From an uncultured virus (IMG/VR IMGVR_UViG_3300028590_000010) (Duplodnaviria; Heunggongvirae; Uroviricota; Caudoviricetes): a DNA stretch of 64,000 nt. The notes below the pieces were generated by a model. The model searched no databases. It worked only from the letters and a program-made list of their open reading frames with translations, and was not told the origin of the DNA. Of the stretch, positions 53,415 to 61,809 are shown in pieces. Both the position numbers and the translations under genes were made by a program. Each line of letters begins with the position of its first letter. The first letter of the stretch is position 1. The stretch lies in IMG/VR virus record IMGVR_UViG_3300028590_000010, one strand, 5' to 3'.

Positions 53415-53662
53415 TGGGAGGGGTGGGAGTCGAACCCACCCAGCCGGAGCACTGCATCTCGGTTTTCCCGTACGGCTCCGCTTTCGGGTCACCAGCCCGC
53501 GATCCATCGTCACGGCCGGAATCGAACCGGCACACTGCCCTTTCCTCCCCAGTGGCATCCTTTCGCGTCACCGGTGGATGCCGACCGGTCTGGCCGAAGC
53601 GCCGGTCGATCGGAGGAGTCACGAACGAACGACGCCGCTGACGCAGTCGGGGTACCCCTCCC
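53415..53662 (-). ncRNA. ~248-nt structured RNA with tRNA-like ends and a second internal T-arm
   Basis: GGGAGGG/CCCUCCC-A, terminal T-arm GUGGG-UUCGACU-CCCAC, internal GCCGG-UUCGAUU-CCGGC, several hairpins. Confidence 0.65.
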
Positions 53663-53748
53663 GACACCTTGCCCTCGCTCCCCGTGTGTTCTCCCGTGAG
53701 GGGTCAAGCCGGGGTCACTCCCCGGACACGGTAATGGCAAGCCCATCG

Positions 53749-53820
53749 TAGACACGGCAGGATTCGAACCTGCGCATCCGCTTTAGGAGAGCGGCGCTCT
53801 ATCCCCTGAGCTACGTGTCC
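53749..53820 (-). tRNA. tRNA-Arg(CCT)
   Basis: GGACACG/CGUGUCU-A, D-arm GCUC/GAGC, CCGCU-CUCCUAA-AGCGG, T-arm GCAGG-UUCGAAU-CCUGC. Confidence 0.93.
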
Positions 53821-53924
53821 TTGTGACGCCGTTGGGCACCGGGGCGTCGCCGGTTTCACCGCCACCTCCGGGCTGGGGGCCCTGAGGTGCTGCCCGTCCC
53901 AGCCGTAACGGGTCGGCTGGGAGA

Positions 53925-54131
53925 CTAGAACGAGCAGTCGCCGCTCGACGAGGACGACGAGGTGTCGCAGCTCGACGGGGACGGCGTGCTCACCGAGATC
54001 ACGGTGTTCGCCACGACGGTGGACGCGACGTCCTGCGCGGTCATCCGCGCGAGACGGTCGGCGTCCCGCTTGCGCATCTCCCGGACGTCCTCGGTGGAGT
54101 CGGGCTGCTTCTTCGTGGGGTTGTCGCTCAT
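53925..54131 (-). CDS. Small Ser-rich hypothetical protein
   Basis: AGGAGG RBS. Confidence 0.55.
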   Translation of the reverse strand: MSDNPTKKQPDSTEDVREMRKRDADRLARMTAQDVASTVVANTVISVSTPSPSSCDTSSSSSSGDCSF

Positions 54132-54166
54132 GTCAACTTCCTCCTGTCACCTTCGCGTTGAAGGTA

Positions 54167-54544
54167 TCACGTACCGTCGATCCACACTAGCTCGCTCGCC
54201 CCGTTGTGTCCGCTGATCTTGAGCAGCGGATCGACACCGAGGTTGTGCCACACCTCCGTCTTCGGCTCGTTCATCGGGGGCATGTCAAGCCAGTGGGACA
54301 CGGCATAGCCGTCACTGAAAACGACACCCTCGACCCGGACGCCGGTGCCGGAAATCCCCGTCACGTCGATCTTCCGGTTGAGGACGAACCGACGGAACTC
54401 GGGACGGTGGAAGACCAGGGAGGACGACGCCTCCCCGTCCTTCATTCCGGCCACCCAGTTCCTCGCCTGCCGCTTGTAGAACAGTGCGACCGCCAGAACG
54501 ACATTGACGCACATGGACATCAGCAGCAGGAGTACGGTCACCAT
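54167..54544 (-). CDS. Membrane-anchored hypothetical protein
   Basis: N-terminal TM; RRFVLNR..DVTGISGTG...EGVVFSDG. Confidence 0.7.
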   Translation of the reverse strand: MVTVLLLLMSMCVNVVLAVALFYKRQARNWVAGMKDGEASSSLVFHRPEFRRFVLNRKIDVTGISGTGVRVEGVVFSDGYAVSHWLDMPPMNEPKTEVWHNLGVDPLLKISGHNGASELVWIDGT

Positions 54545-54553
54545 TTTTCCCTC

Positions 54554-54982
54554 TTACGCGGCTCCTTCATAGGAGCTTTCTCCTTCCGATGCTGACGGAG
54601 CGGTATTCACCTCGTCAACGCTGTCACCTTCACGATCCGCGTGGCACCGGCAGACGCACGGGGCCTCGCAGAACTTGCACACGGCCGGTGTCTTGATCCC
54701 GATCAGGCCGCGTTCGGACTGGCAGTAGTCGTGGTTTCCGTGGAAGCACGACGTGGAGAAGTAGACGTGGGGCGGGCAGCAGTCGTGCCCCTCGTGGTCG
54801 ACCTGAAGCAGGTCGCCCTTGTGGCCGACGATGAGCGGGTCCCACTGACCTCGCTCGGCCAGCAGGTCGCCGAACACCCCCTCGGAGATGTGGTTCATGA
54901 CCTTGTCGACCTGCTCGTTGGTCACCCCACCCGGCAGATAGACGCTGATCGTGTACCCCTTCGGGTACGTCGGCTCAGACAC
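54554..54982 (-). CDS. Hypothetical protein with Cys/His-rich domain
   Basis: HVYFSTSCFHGNHDYC...CKFCEAPCVCRCH. Confidence 0.7.
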   Translation of the reverse strand: MSEPTYPKGYTISVYLPGGVTNEQVDKVMNHISEGVFGDLLAERGQWDPLIVGHKGDLLQVDHEGHDCCPPHVYFSTSCFHGNHDYCQSERGLIGIKTPAVCKFCEAPCVCRCHADREGDSVDEVNTAPSASEGESSYEGAA

Positions 54983-55343
54983 TGTCTCCTCCCCCTCTGG
55001 ACGCCATGTCCAGGTAGCTCCCCCGGATCTGCCCGGGGTACTTGGCTTCGAGGAGAGCGACGTAGCGCTGGTTCTCCTCGAACGCCAGTTGCTTGGTCAT
55101 CAGCAGGGCGTCGTCCAGGTCGTAGCGGTAGGCACTCGGACCCCGGAGGTTGTCGTCCCACTCACTGCCGTCCCAGTACGCAGCACCCGCGTTGCCGTTG
55201 CAGATGGCCCACCGACCGTCGTTGTGTCCGCTTCCCCGGCGCACGACGAAGTACCGATGCTCACCCTCACGCGTCCGCCAGAAGTCGAACCTGAATTCGG
55301 ATGCGTGTGCCAGCTGTCCGGCCGCTGTCAGGATTCCTTCCAC
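54975..55343 (-). CDS. Hypothetical protein (122 aa)
   Basis: Coupled ORF. Confidence 0.65.
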   Translation of the reverse strand: MEGILTAAGQLAHASEFRFDFWRTREGEHRYFVVRRGSGHNDGRWAICNGNAGAAYWDGSEWDDNLRGPSAYRYDLDDALLMTKQLAFEENQRYVALLEAKYPGQIRGSYLDMASRGGGDSV

Positions 55344-55792
55344 AGCTCCACCCTATGGGTATCGATGCCCGCCTTCTCTGCGAGATCAGCACATCCCGAC
55401 GCACCGTGGCTGCCGTGAAGACCTGGCCGCCGACAGCGAGGAGAGGTGCACGGACCGACGAAGGCGTGGCACTCGTGTGCCCCGAGCCCCACCATGTAGT
55501 CGTTACGACGGGGACCGGCCCCCGGCCACGGGCCGAAGTCCTGCGTGGGATGGTCCTGCGCAGGGTGCGCATCGACCATGACCGGGTAGCCGTTCCGTTC
55601 CATCGTTCTGCCCCAGTCGTCGGCGAACTTGTCCGCGCCGCCGGGGCAATGACCGTGCCGTACGCACAGCAGCGTGTACCCCTCGCTCAGGGCGAAGGCG
55701 AGGCAGTCGTCCAGGGTGGCATAGACCGGCTCCGGGTCCGTCAGGTCACGGCTGCCGGTTATCAGCACACAGAACACTGCTGTCATGTTCAC
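55328..55792 (-). CDS. SLOG-superfamily protein (DUF2493 / YspA-like)
   Basis: VLITGSRD, HGHCPGGAD, AGPRRNDYM, HGASGC...AEKAGI. Confidence 0.85.
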   Translation of the reverse strand: MNMTAVFCVLITGSRDLTDPEPVYATLDDCLAFALSEGYTLLCVRHGHCPGGADKFADDWGRTMERNGYPVMVDAHPAQDHPTQDFGPWPGAGPRRNDYMVGLGAHECHAFVGPCTSPRCRRPGLHGSHGASGCADLAEKAGIDTHRVELWKES

Positions 55793-55843
55793 GCCCCTCC
55801 GGCGAGCGCCGGGACACCGAAGCGCCCCGGCGCTCGCCGATTG

Positions 55844-56749
55844 CTACACCGGGTTCGGCACCGGGTCCTCGGCCGACTGGGTCAGTCGCTTCAGCGGCCG
55901 GTCCTCGCGCCAGGCGTTCCACGCCCGGATGACGTAGGCCAGCTGCTGGTGTCGCGGGACGGCCCGCTTCTCCATCCGCTCGTTGATCAGCTGGTTCCGC
56001 AGCGTCAGGATCGGGTGGTTGGTCTCCAGACCCGCGCCATCCCGCAGTCGCTCGAAGAACTCGACCGCCATCGAGTCGTCGACCTGGCACAGGATGTAGA
56101 AGGCCAGGGCCGTCACCGACTGGGGGAGCGGCTTGAACTTGCCCCGGACGTAAGCGGCCTTCTCCGCCGACCGGCGCAGCAGCGAGCCGTTGCGCTTGAG
56201 CAGGATCTCGCACTCGGAGCGGGTGGGCTTGAAGTTCCCGGAGAACTTCCGGTCTCCCGAGTCCCACAGGTACGCCAGGCGGACCACGGAGGCGAGGATC
56301 ATGGCGTTGCCCTCTCCGCCCATGCGCAGCACGTCGGCGGTGGACCGCAGCACACCGGCGTCCACCGTCTTGCGGGCGCTCGGGGCCAGCCCGTAGGCGA
56401 CCAGGGTGACGATCGACTGACCCGTCCGGACGATCGACTCCAGCCGGTGCTGCCCGTCGAAGAAGAGAACGCGTCCGGCCGGGACGTCCTCGACCTCACC
56501 CTCGACGAGGGGGCGGGAGATCTTCAGCGTCTCACCGTTGACGTCGAAGTTGCCGCTCATCATGTCGCGGCCGATGTCATTGGCGGCACGCCTGCGCAGG
56601 TTGCGGTTGTTCGCGTTGTAGCGCAGCCAGTTGCGCGCCACCTCGGGGGTGATGACCCAGTACTCGGAGGAGGGCCTGTCCGCCTGAGGCGGGTCCATCG
56701 GGGCCACCTCGTACTCGACGCCATCCACCATGGCACTCTTCACGCTCAT
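55844..56749 (-). CDS. ParB/Srx-fold (DGQHR) protein
   Basis: ITPEVARNWL..NANNRNL...DMMSGNF..NGETL...FDGQHRL. Confidence 0.75.
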   Translation of the reverse strand: MSVKSAMVDGVEYEVAPMDPPQADRPSSEYWVITPEVARNWLRYNANNRNLRRRAANDIGRDMMSGNFDVNGETLKISRPLVEGEVEDVPAGRVLFFDGQHRLESIVRTGQSIVTLVAYGLAPSARKTVDAGVLRSTADVLRMGGEGNAMILASVVRLAYLWDSGDRKFSGNFKPTRSECEILLKRNGSLLRRSAEKAAYVRGKFKPLPQSVTALAFYILCQVDDSMAVEFFERLRDGAGLETNHPILTLRNQLINERMEKRAVPRHQQLAYVIRAWNAWREDRPLKRLTQSAEDPVPNPV

Positions 56750-56917
56750 TCTTGTCTCCTTCCAGAGCAGTCTCCCTGGTGTGCGTTGTGCACAGCCGTG
56801 AAGCAGACTGCATTCTTTCCACGCAGCAATGTCAAGCTACGTGCTAGAGCCCTCACTTGTCCGGTGAAGTGTACGTTCCACTCACCTCAAACAGGAAGGG
56901 GCCCTCGGATCAGGGCG

Positions 56918-57148
56918 TCAGAGGCTCTTGCTCCGACGCAGTCCGTCGCGGGTGATCTCGTAGGTCTCGTCGATCACCACTTCGGTCACCATCCCCTTGC
57001 CTGCCAGGATGTTGAGCAGCCGAAGGGTCCAGTACCGGCTCTCCCACAGAGGGCGCTCTCCCGACTCCCAGCGTCCGTTCGTCGTCGCCGCCAGCCGCAC
57101 CAGAACGGTGGCCTCAGCGCTACTGATGCGTTCATTCCTAGAGCCCAT
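56918..57148 (-). CDS. Small wHTH-like protein
   Basis: TLRLLNILAGKGMV...YEITRDG. Confidence 0.5.
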   Translation of the reverse strand: MGSRNERISSAEATVLVRLAATTNGRWESGERPLWESRYWTLRLLNILAGKGMVTEVVIDETYEITRDGLRRSKSL

Positions 57149-57548
57149 GCTTGGCCCACTCCCCCCTTGCGTACTCCTTACGCCACCGCACGACCGTGCG
57201 GTGGTCGACATACAGGCGCTCACCCAACTCGCGAGCGCTGAGCCGGTCCATGAAGTGGATGATGACCCGGCGCGCGTCCATCCGGGAGAGCACCGGGTAC
57301 GGTCCGTCGCCGTTGATGACCCGGCGCAGCGCCACTTCGTCGTCGTCCGGCGGTCTCTTGACCTGATTGCGGCCGTCGAGGTCGAGCCCTTGGCACTGTG
57401 CCACCATCTTGTTGCCCAGGGCCCGCCAGAACCGTCGGTCCTTGTGCGTGGTGGACCGGTCGGCGGCCCGGCGCATCAGACTGATGAACCAGAGCGCCTG
57501 CCGGGGGTCGTCCGTCTCGAAGACGACCCTGTATCGGGCTTCCGTCAT
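57138..57548 (-). CDS. HTH protein
   Basis: DEVALRRVING...LSARELGERLYVDHRTVVRWR. Confidence 0.75.
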   Translation of the reverse strand: MTEARYRVVFETDDPRQALWFISLMRRAADRSTTHKDRRFWRALGNKMVAQCQGLDLDGRNQVKRPPDDDEVALRRVINGDGPYPVLSRMDARRVIIHFMDRLSARELGERLYVDHRTVVRWRKEYARGEWAKHGL

Positions 57549-57563
57549 GTCTCCTTCCTTCAC

Positions 57564-58007
57564 TCAGACGCGGATGACCGTCGTCTTCTTGACGGCCATC
57601 TGCTGCTTGTTGCTACCGGACGCCTCGCTCGCCGCCTTGCCGTCACCCTGCGGGTTGGTCGGCTTGGCCAGGAGCGACATGATGGCGTTGACGTCGACCA
57701 CCACGTCCATGACGTCGTCGACCAGCAGACGGCAGCTGTCCCGCCACGGGCGCAGTCCCTGCCGGTAGGCACCACGGCGGAACGTGATCCGCACCTTGCT
57801 GTTGTGTCCCGCCGTGCAGGAGCAGTAGCACTCCCCCGTCTCGCGGTGCATCAGCTCGTGGAGCAGCTCGCTGCATTCGAGGGACTCGTCGAGTTCGATG
57901 ACCCAGCCACCGCTCTTCTCGTCCCAGAACGGCACGCACTCGCTCTTCATGCTGCGCGTGATCCTGAGTGCCATGTGCTGGACCTTCGCCGGTGCGATTC
58001 CCGGCAT
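57564..58007 (-). CDS. Hypothetical protein (147 aa)
   Basis: GGAAGGTGA RBS. Confidence 0.6.
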   Translation of the reverse strand: MPGIAPAKVQHMALRITRSMKSECVPFWDEKSGGWVIELDESLECSELLHELMHRETGECYCSCTAGHNSKVRITFRRGAYRQGLRPWRDSCRLLVDDVMDVVVDVNAIMSLLAKPTNPQGDGKAASEASGSNKQQMAVKKTTVIRV

Positions 58008-58010
58008 ACG

Positions 58011-58775
58011 TCACCTTCCCCTGTCTTCGTCGGCCGCCGCCTCGCGGCCCCTCACCTGTTGGATGTAGTCCTTGACCAGCTGAAGGGGCGTGCTGACCAG
58101 GTCGACCCCCTCCGCCGCCAGCAGCTTCACGATGTCGCAGAGCTGGTCGGTGGCTTCGTTCATCAGCGACAGCGTCCTGGCGTGTTCGACGGCATGTCGC
58201 CGCTCGATCTCACTGACGTGCGGCATGATGCTGCCGCCCAGGTCAGCGGTGATACCCGCGATGACCTCGATGGCCGCCACCTCGCCCTTGTTCCAGCACT
58301 CGCACCACTGGCGGTAGCGCTCCAGCTGAGCGTCCCGATCAGCGACGACCTGCTCAGCCTGTGCGGCTGCCCTGTCTCGCTGCTCAGTGGCCTCGACGAG
58401 CTTCTTCCGCAGCTCCTCGACCAGCTCGTCCAGTTCCCGCGCCCGCTGCGCTTCCTCCGCCTTGGCGGTGGTGGCTCGACGGGCGTGGTCGCGCCACTGC
58501 TGGCGCTTGGCGAGGAGCTGGGCGACCTTCTCCCGCTCCTCGGTGAGCTGCTGGTAGATCGAGCTGGCATCGTGGTCCCTCATCACCTGCTGGGCATCCC
58601 AGACGACGAGGTTCAGGGCGCTGTGCAGGCGCATCCAGGATCGGTGATGGTTCTCCGCCTGGTTCTGCCAGCGGATCGCCTCCTCACGGAGGTTCGCCGA
58701 CTCCTGCCGCGCCTCACGGAGCCGCTCACTAAGGTACTTGTTGTGCTCCGCCAGGCTGTCTATGTCTCGTTCCAT
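58011..58775 (-). CDS. Coiled-coil protein
   Basis: Heptad-rich E/Q/R/A helices. Confidence 0.65.
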   Translation of the reverse strand: MERDIDSLAEHNKYLSERLREARQESANLREEAIRWQNQAENHHRSWMRLHSALNLVVWDAQQVMRDHDASSIYQQLTEEREKVAQLLAKRQQWRDHARRATTAKAEEAQRARELDELVEELRKKLVEATEQRDRAAAQAEQVVADRDAQLERYRQWCECWNKGEVAAIEVIAGITADLGGSIMPHVSEIERRHAVEHARTLSLMNEATDQLCDIVKLLAAEGVDLVSTPLQLVKDYIQQVRGREAAADEDRGR

Positions 58776-58861
58776 CACTGTCTCTTCTCCGGCTGGCCGA
58801 AACTTAACACACATACGGCGTAGCCGGGCATCCGTATCACACAAATACCCGGCCACCACCG

Positions 58862-59050
58862 CTAGTTGAGCTTGTGCCGGTCGGCCAGCGCCTCGAAGTC
58901 GGCCGGTTCGATCGTGCCGAGGTCGACGAAGCCGAACTGCTCGACGTACCCCTTGACCAGGCCCGCGATGTCGTACTCCCCGACCCGGTCGCCGAGGCGT
59001 GACGTGATCGTGACCTCCAGGACCATGCGTCCCATGTCCTTGAAGATCAC
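58862..59050 (-). CDS. Hypothetical protein (62 aa)
   Basis: AAGGAGG RBS; coupled. Confidence 0.65.
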   Translation of the reverse strand: MIFKDMGRMVLEVTITSRLGDRVGEYDIAGLVKGYVEQFGFVDLGTIEPADFEALADRHKLN

Positions 59051-59307
59051 GCCTCGACCTCCTTCGGGGACCGGGCGAATCCCCAGGACTCCTCGACGGC
59101 CTCGACGATCTCCTCCAGGATCGATGCCGCCTCCCGGTCGATCTCGTCCATGTCCTCCTGGTTGCGCTGCGCGCTGCCAGTCGAGACCATGATCGTCGCC
59201 TTCAGGGCCGCGCGGCGGTCAATCCACTTCTTGCCCTCGATCAGCCAACGCTCCAGGTTGGGCGGGATCGCGTGGGTCGGCTCCCCACTGGACTCCCAAT
59301 TACTCAC
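59047..59307 (-). CDS. Hypothetical protein (86 aa)
   Basis: AAGGAGACAG RBS before GTG. Confidence 0.6.
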   Translation of the reverse strand: MSNWESSGEPTHAIPPNLERWLIEGKKWIDRRAALKATIMVSTGSAQRNQEDMDEIDREAASILEEIVEAVEESWGFARSPKEVEA

Positions 59308-59344
59308 AGCTGTCTCCTTCCTTGCGTGTCTTTGCGAGGCGAGC

Positions 59345-59650
59345 TTACGCGGCCAGCGCCTGGTGCCTCGCCCGGCGGGTGAGGCACAGCCCCTTGGCCG
59401 TCCCCCAGTTCCGCATGGCCCGTGTCGCCGCCAGCGCCTCGATCTCGGCCGCCAGGTGCGTCGGGTCGAGCCAGTCCGGTGCCTGGTCAAGGGTGCTGGC
59501 CATGCCCTCACGCCGGAGCCTGGACAGCTCGGCGTGGAACATGGCCAGGAACCGCTCGGGCGTCTCCGAGTGCGCTGCCCTGTTCCTCGCCCGACCGCAC
59601 ACCGAGTCGAAGCGCTTGCTGTAGGGGGTGATGTCAATCTGCTCGGACAT
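59345..59650 (-). CDS. Hypothetical protein (101 aa)
   Basis: AAGGAG RBS. Confidence 0.6.
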   Translation of the reverse strand: MSEQIDITPYSKRFDSVCGRARNRAAHSETPERFLAMFHAELSRLRREGMASTLDQAPDWLDPTHLAAEIEALAATRAMRNWGTAKGLCLTRRARHQALAA

Positions 59651-59879
59651 GAATTCTCCTTGCTTCCGCGTGACACGCCCGCAGGTACAGCACGAGGAGG
59701 CCATTCAGGAACAGGGAAGCGGCAATTCCGTGCCGGATCGCGTCCGTCAGCAGAAAGCCGAATGCGTACCCGATGGCCCCCATCGCCATGGTCGCCACCC
59801 CGTAGATACACGGGGCGACGACAGGACGGTCATGCCACGTTATGTGGTCTATGGTCCGGTGTCTTCCTGTTGTACCCAT
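59634..59879 (-). CDS. Small membrane protein
   Basis: Two hydrophobic segments. Confidence 0.45.
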   Translation of the reverse strand: MGTTGRHRTIDHITWHDRPVVAPCIYGVATMAMGAIGYAFGFLLTDAIRHGIAASLFLNGLLVLYLRACHAEARRIHVRAD

Positions 59880-59899
59880 CGCCCCTCATATTGCCGGGA

Positions 59900-60487
59900 T
59901 TACGAGCGGTGCGGGGCCTTCAGTCGGAGAACCGAAAGCATCTCGTCGAGGATGTCATCAGGCTGCGCAGCCGTCAGGGATTCCGGGTACTTCTGGATCA
60001 GAACCATGCGGAGACGCTTGTAGTCGTCCGGGCGCAGGCGGCGCTCGATGACCGGCGTGTAGTGCTTCATGTCGTCCGGCTCCGGCAGGCCGTACCGCAT
60101 GCGCGTCAGCGCCAGCAGCTCCCGCAGGCCGTCCGGCGTGAGGAGGAAGCTGCTCCCTCCCGCGCCCCGGGACAACGGCGCGTCGGCCCTCAGGTCGTAC
60201 GTCGCCTTGCTCGTCGGGTTGGGCACCGCGTACAGGTCGGGCAGGTCGTCACCCTCGGGCAGCGTCACCAGCCAGTCCGCGCGGGGGCGCACCTCGATGA
60301 GCTTCCCGCTGGTGATCGCCTCGGTGATCCGGGCCAGCACCACCTGCCGTGACACCGACAACAGGTCAGCGGCCATGTTGCAGATCTGTCCCCGCGCCAG
60401 CAGGCGGTCGGGGTACATCGCCTGCACAGAAGCGATGTAGGGCAACAGGTGCTGGTCCAGCCGCTCGGCGGACGCAGTCAGTCCCAT
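59900..60487 (-). CDS. Hypothetical protein (195 aa)
   Basis: AAGGAG RBS. Confidence 0.65.
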   Translation of the reverse strand: MGLTASAERLDQHLLPYIASVQAMYPDRLLARGQICNMAADLLSVSRQVVLARITEAITSGKLIEVRPRADWLVTLPEGDDLPDLYAVPNPTSKATYDLRADAPLSRGAGGSSFLLTPDGLRELLALTRMRYGLPEPDDMKHYTPVIERRLRPDDYKRLRMVLIQKYPESLTAAQPDDILDEMLSVLRLKAPHRS

Positions 60488-60546
60488 GTCTCATGTCTCC
60501 TTCCAGAAGGGAGAGGCCCGACCACCGTAGCGGTCGGGCCCCAGGT

Positions 60547-61227
60547 CTAGCTGACGTTCAGCGCACCCCGCAGCACGGAGCGGAAGTCGCCGGGCGTCAC
60601 GTCGAAGCTCTCGCCGACGATGCGCAGGGACCACAGCCCGGTGCCCTTGTCCCGGTCGAGCCGGGCCATGGCCAGCATGCGGCGGGTGCCGAGCAGCGAC
60701 GGCTCGTACTCGCCGACCGCCTCGAACGCGCCGCCGGAGCCGTCGTAGATGGTGGCCTTCACGTCGCGGACGGCGTCGACCGAGGAGCCCTTCTTCGCGG
60801 CCCCGCCGATCAGGAGGACGCTGTCGTAGCGCCGGGGGATGTTCGGCAGGTCCAGCTCCACGGACTCGTCGTCGCCGTCACCGGCACCGCGCACGCTGTC
60901 GCCGGAGTGCCGGGCGGCCAGGCGCTCCTCGGTGGTGGCCTCGTCCTTGAACGGCTCGAAGTTGTCGAAGCCGATGTACTTCTTCGGGTCGCCGTCGGTG
61001 AGGAACACCGCGCCCGCGTCCCAGTCGGCCGGGTCGGTGGTGCCGTCCAGCTCGCGCTTCTTCTTGTCGGCCCATCCCATCAGGCCCTTGCGCTCACTCT
61101 TCAGCGGCTCCCACCGCAGGCCGAACTTGAGGACCCGCACGCCGGTGCCGTCGACCGGCTGGCCGGGGTCCTCGTTGACGAACTGGTAGAGGGGGTACGT
61201 TCCGTCGCTCTTGCTCAGGCTGTGCAT
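60547..61227 (-). CDS. TerD-family protein
   Basis: FGLRWEP, DWDAGA, HSGDSVRGAGDGDDESVELDL. Confidence 0.9.
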   Translation of the reverse strand: MHSLSKSDGTYPLYQFVNEDPGQPVDGTGVRVLKFGLRWEPLKSERKGLMGWADKKKRELDGTTDPADWDAGAVFLTDGDPKKYIGFDNFEPFKDEATTEERLAARHSGDSVRGAGDGDDESVELDLPNIPRRYDSVLLIGGAAKKGSSVDAVRDVKATIYDGSGGAFEAVGEYEPSLLGTRRMLAMARLDRDKGTGLWSLRIVGESFDVTPGDFRSVLRGALNVS

Positions 61228-61252
61228 GAACTGTCTCCTTCGTTTGTTGTTG

Positions 61253-61759
61253 TTACTGCGGCAGGTCGTACACCGTGACGGACAGGCCGTAGATGTCGAC
61301 CAAGGTCGCGAGGATGGCTTCCTCGACCACGGACCAGTCGCCGCCGCCGAGACCGCACCCGATGCGGGGCATGTGGATGGACGGCACGACGCCGGTCACC
61401 TCACACCAGGAGGTAGCGCCTCGCCCCAGATAGTCCAGACACTGCCGCAGTGCCGGGTAGTTGATGGCGGGCGGGGCACTCGGACTGTGTCGGATGCCGT
61501 CCTGGGCGATCATGTTGACCACCTTGACATCCGGCTCGGTGAAGTCGGCGAGCTGCACGTACCCCAGTTCGAAGGGCACCGTGCTCCAGGTGCCGTTGCG
61601 GTGCCACTCCCGGTACTGCATCTCCGGCGTCTTGCAGCGCCGGGACAGGGCGACGACGAACCCGCTCCCCCAGCCGCCCTTGTTGTTGCAGACGTGGGCG
61701 ATGAGGCGTGCGCCCTCACCCTGCGGCTGGGTGGCGTCACCCGTCACGTAGTTGATCAT
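61253..61759 (-). CDS. Macrodomain ADP-ribosylhydrolase (TARG1 / DarG / SCO6735-like)
   Basis: YVTGDAT, IAHVCNNKGGWGSGF, NMIAQ, IHMPRIGCGLGGGDW. Confidence 0.9.
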   Translation of the reverse strand: MINYVTGDATQPQGEGARLIAHVCNNKGGWGSGFVVALSRRCKTPEMQYREWHRNGTWSTVPFELGYVQLADFTEPDVKVVNMIAQDGIRHSPSAPPAINYPALRQCLDYLGRGATSWCEVTGVVPSIHMPRIGCGLGGGDWSVVEEAILATLVDIYGLSVTVYDLPQ

Positions 61760-61809
61760 TCTTCTCCTTCATGGCGGGGCCGTGGCGATCCACGGCCCAC
61801 ACCGTCACG

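Noticed and set aside
53415..53662. tmRNA
   Set aside because: No G3-U70 alanine identity pair, shorter than typical tmRNA, and no recognisable tag reading frame; the same holds for the other tRNA-ended RNAs.
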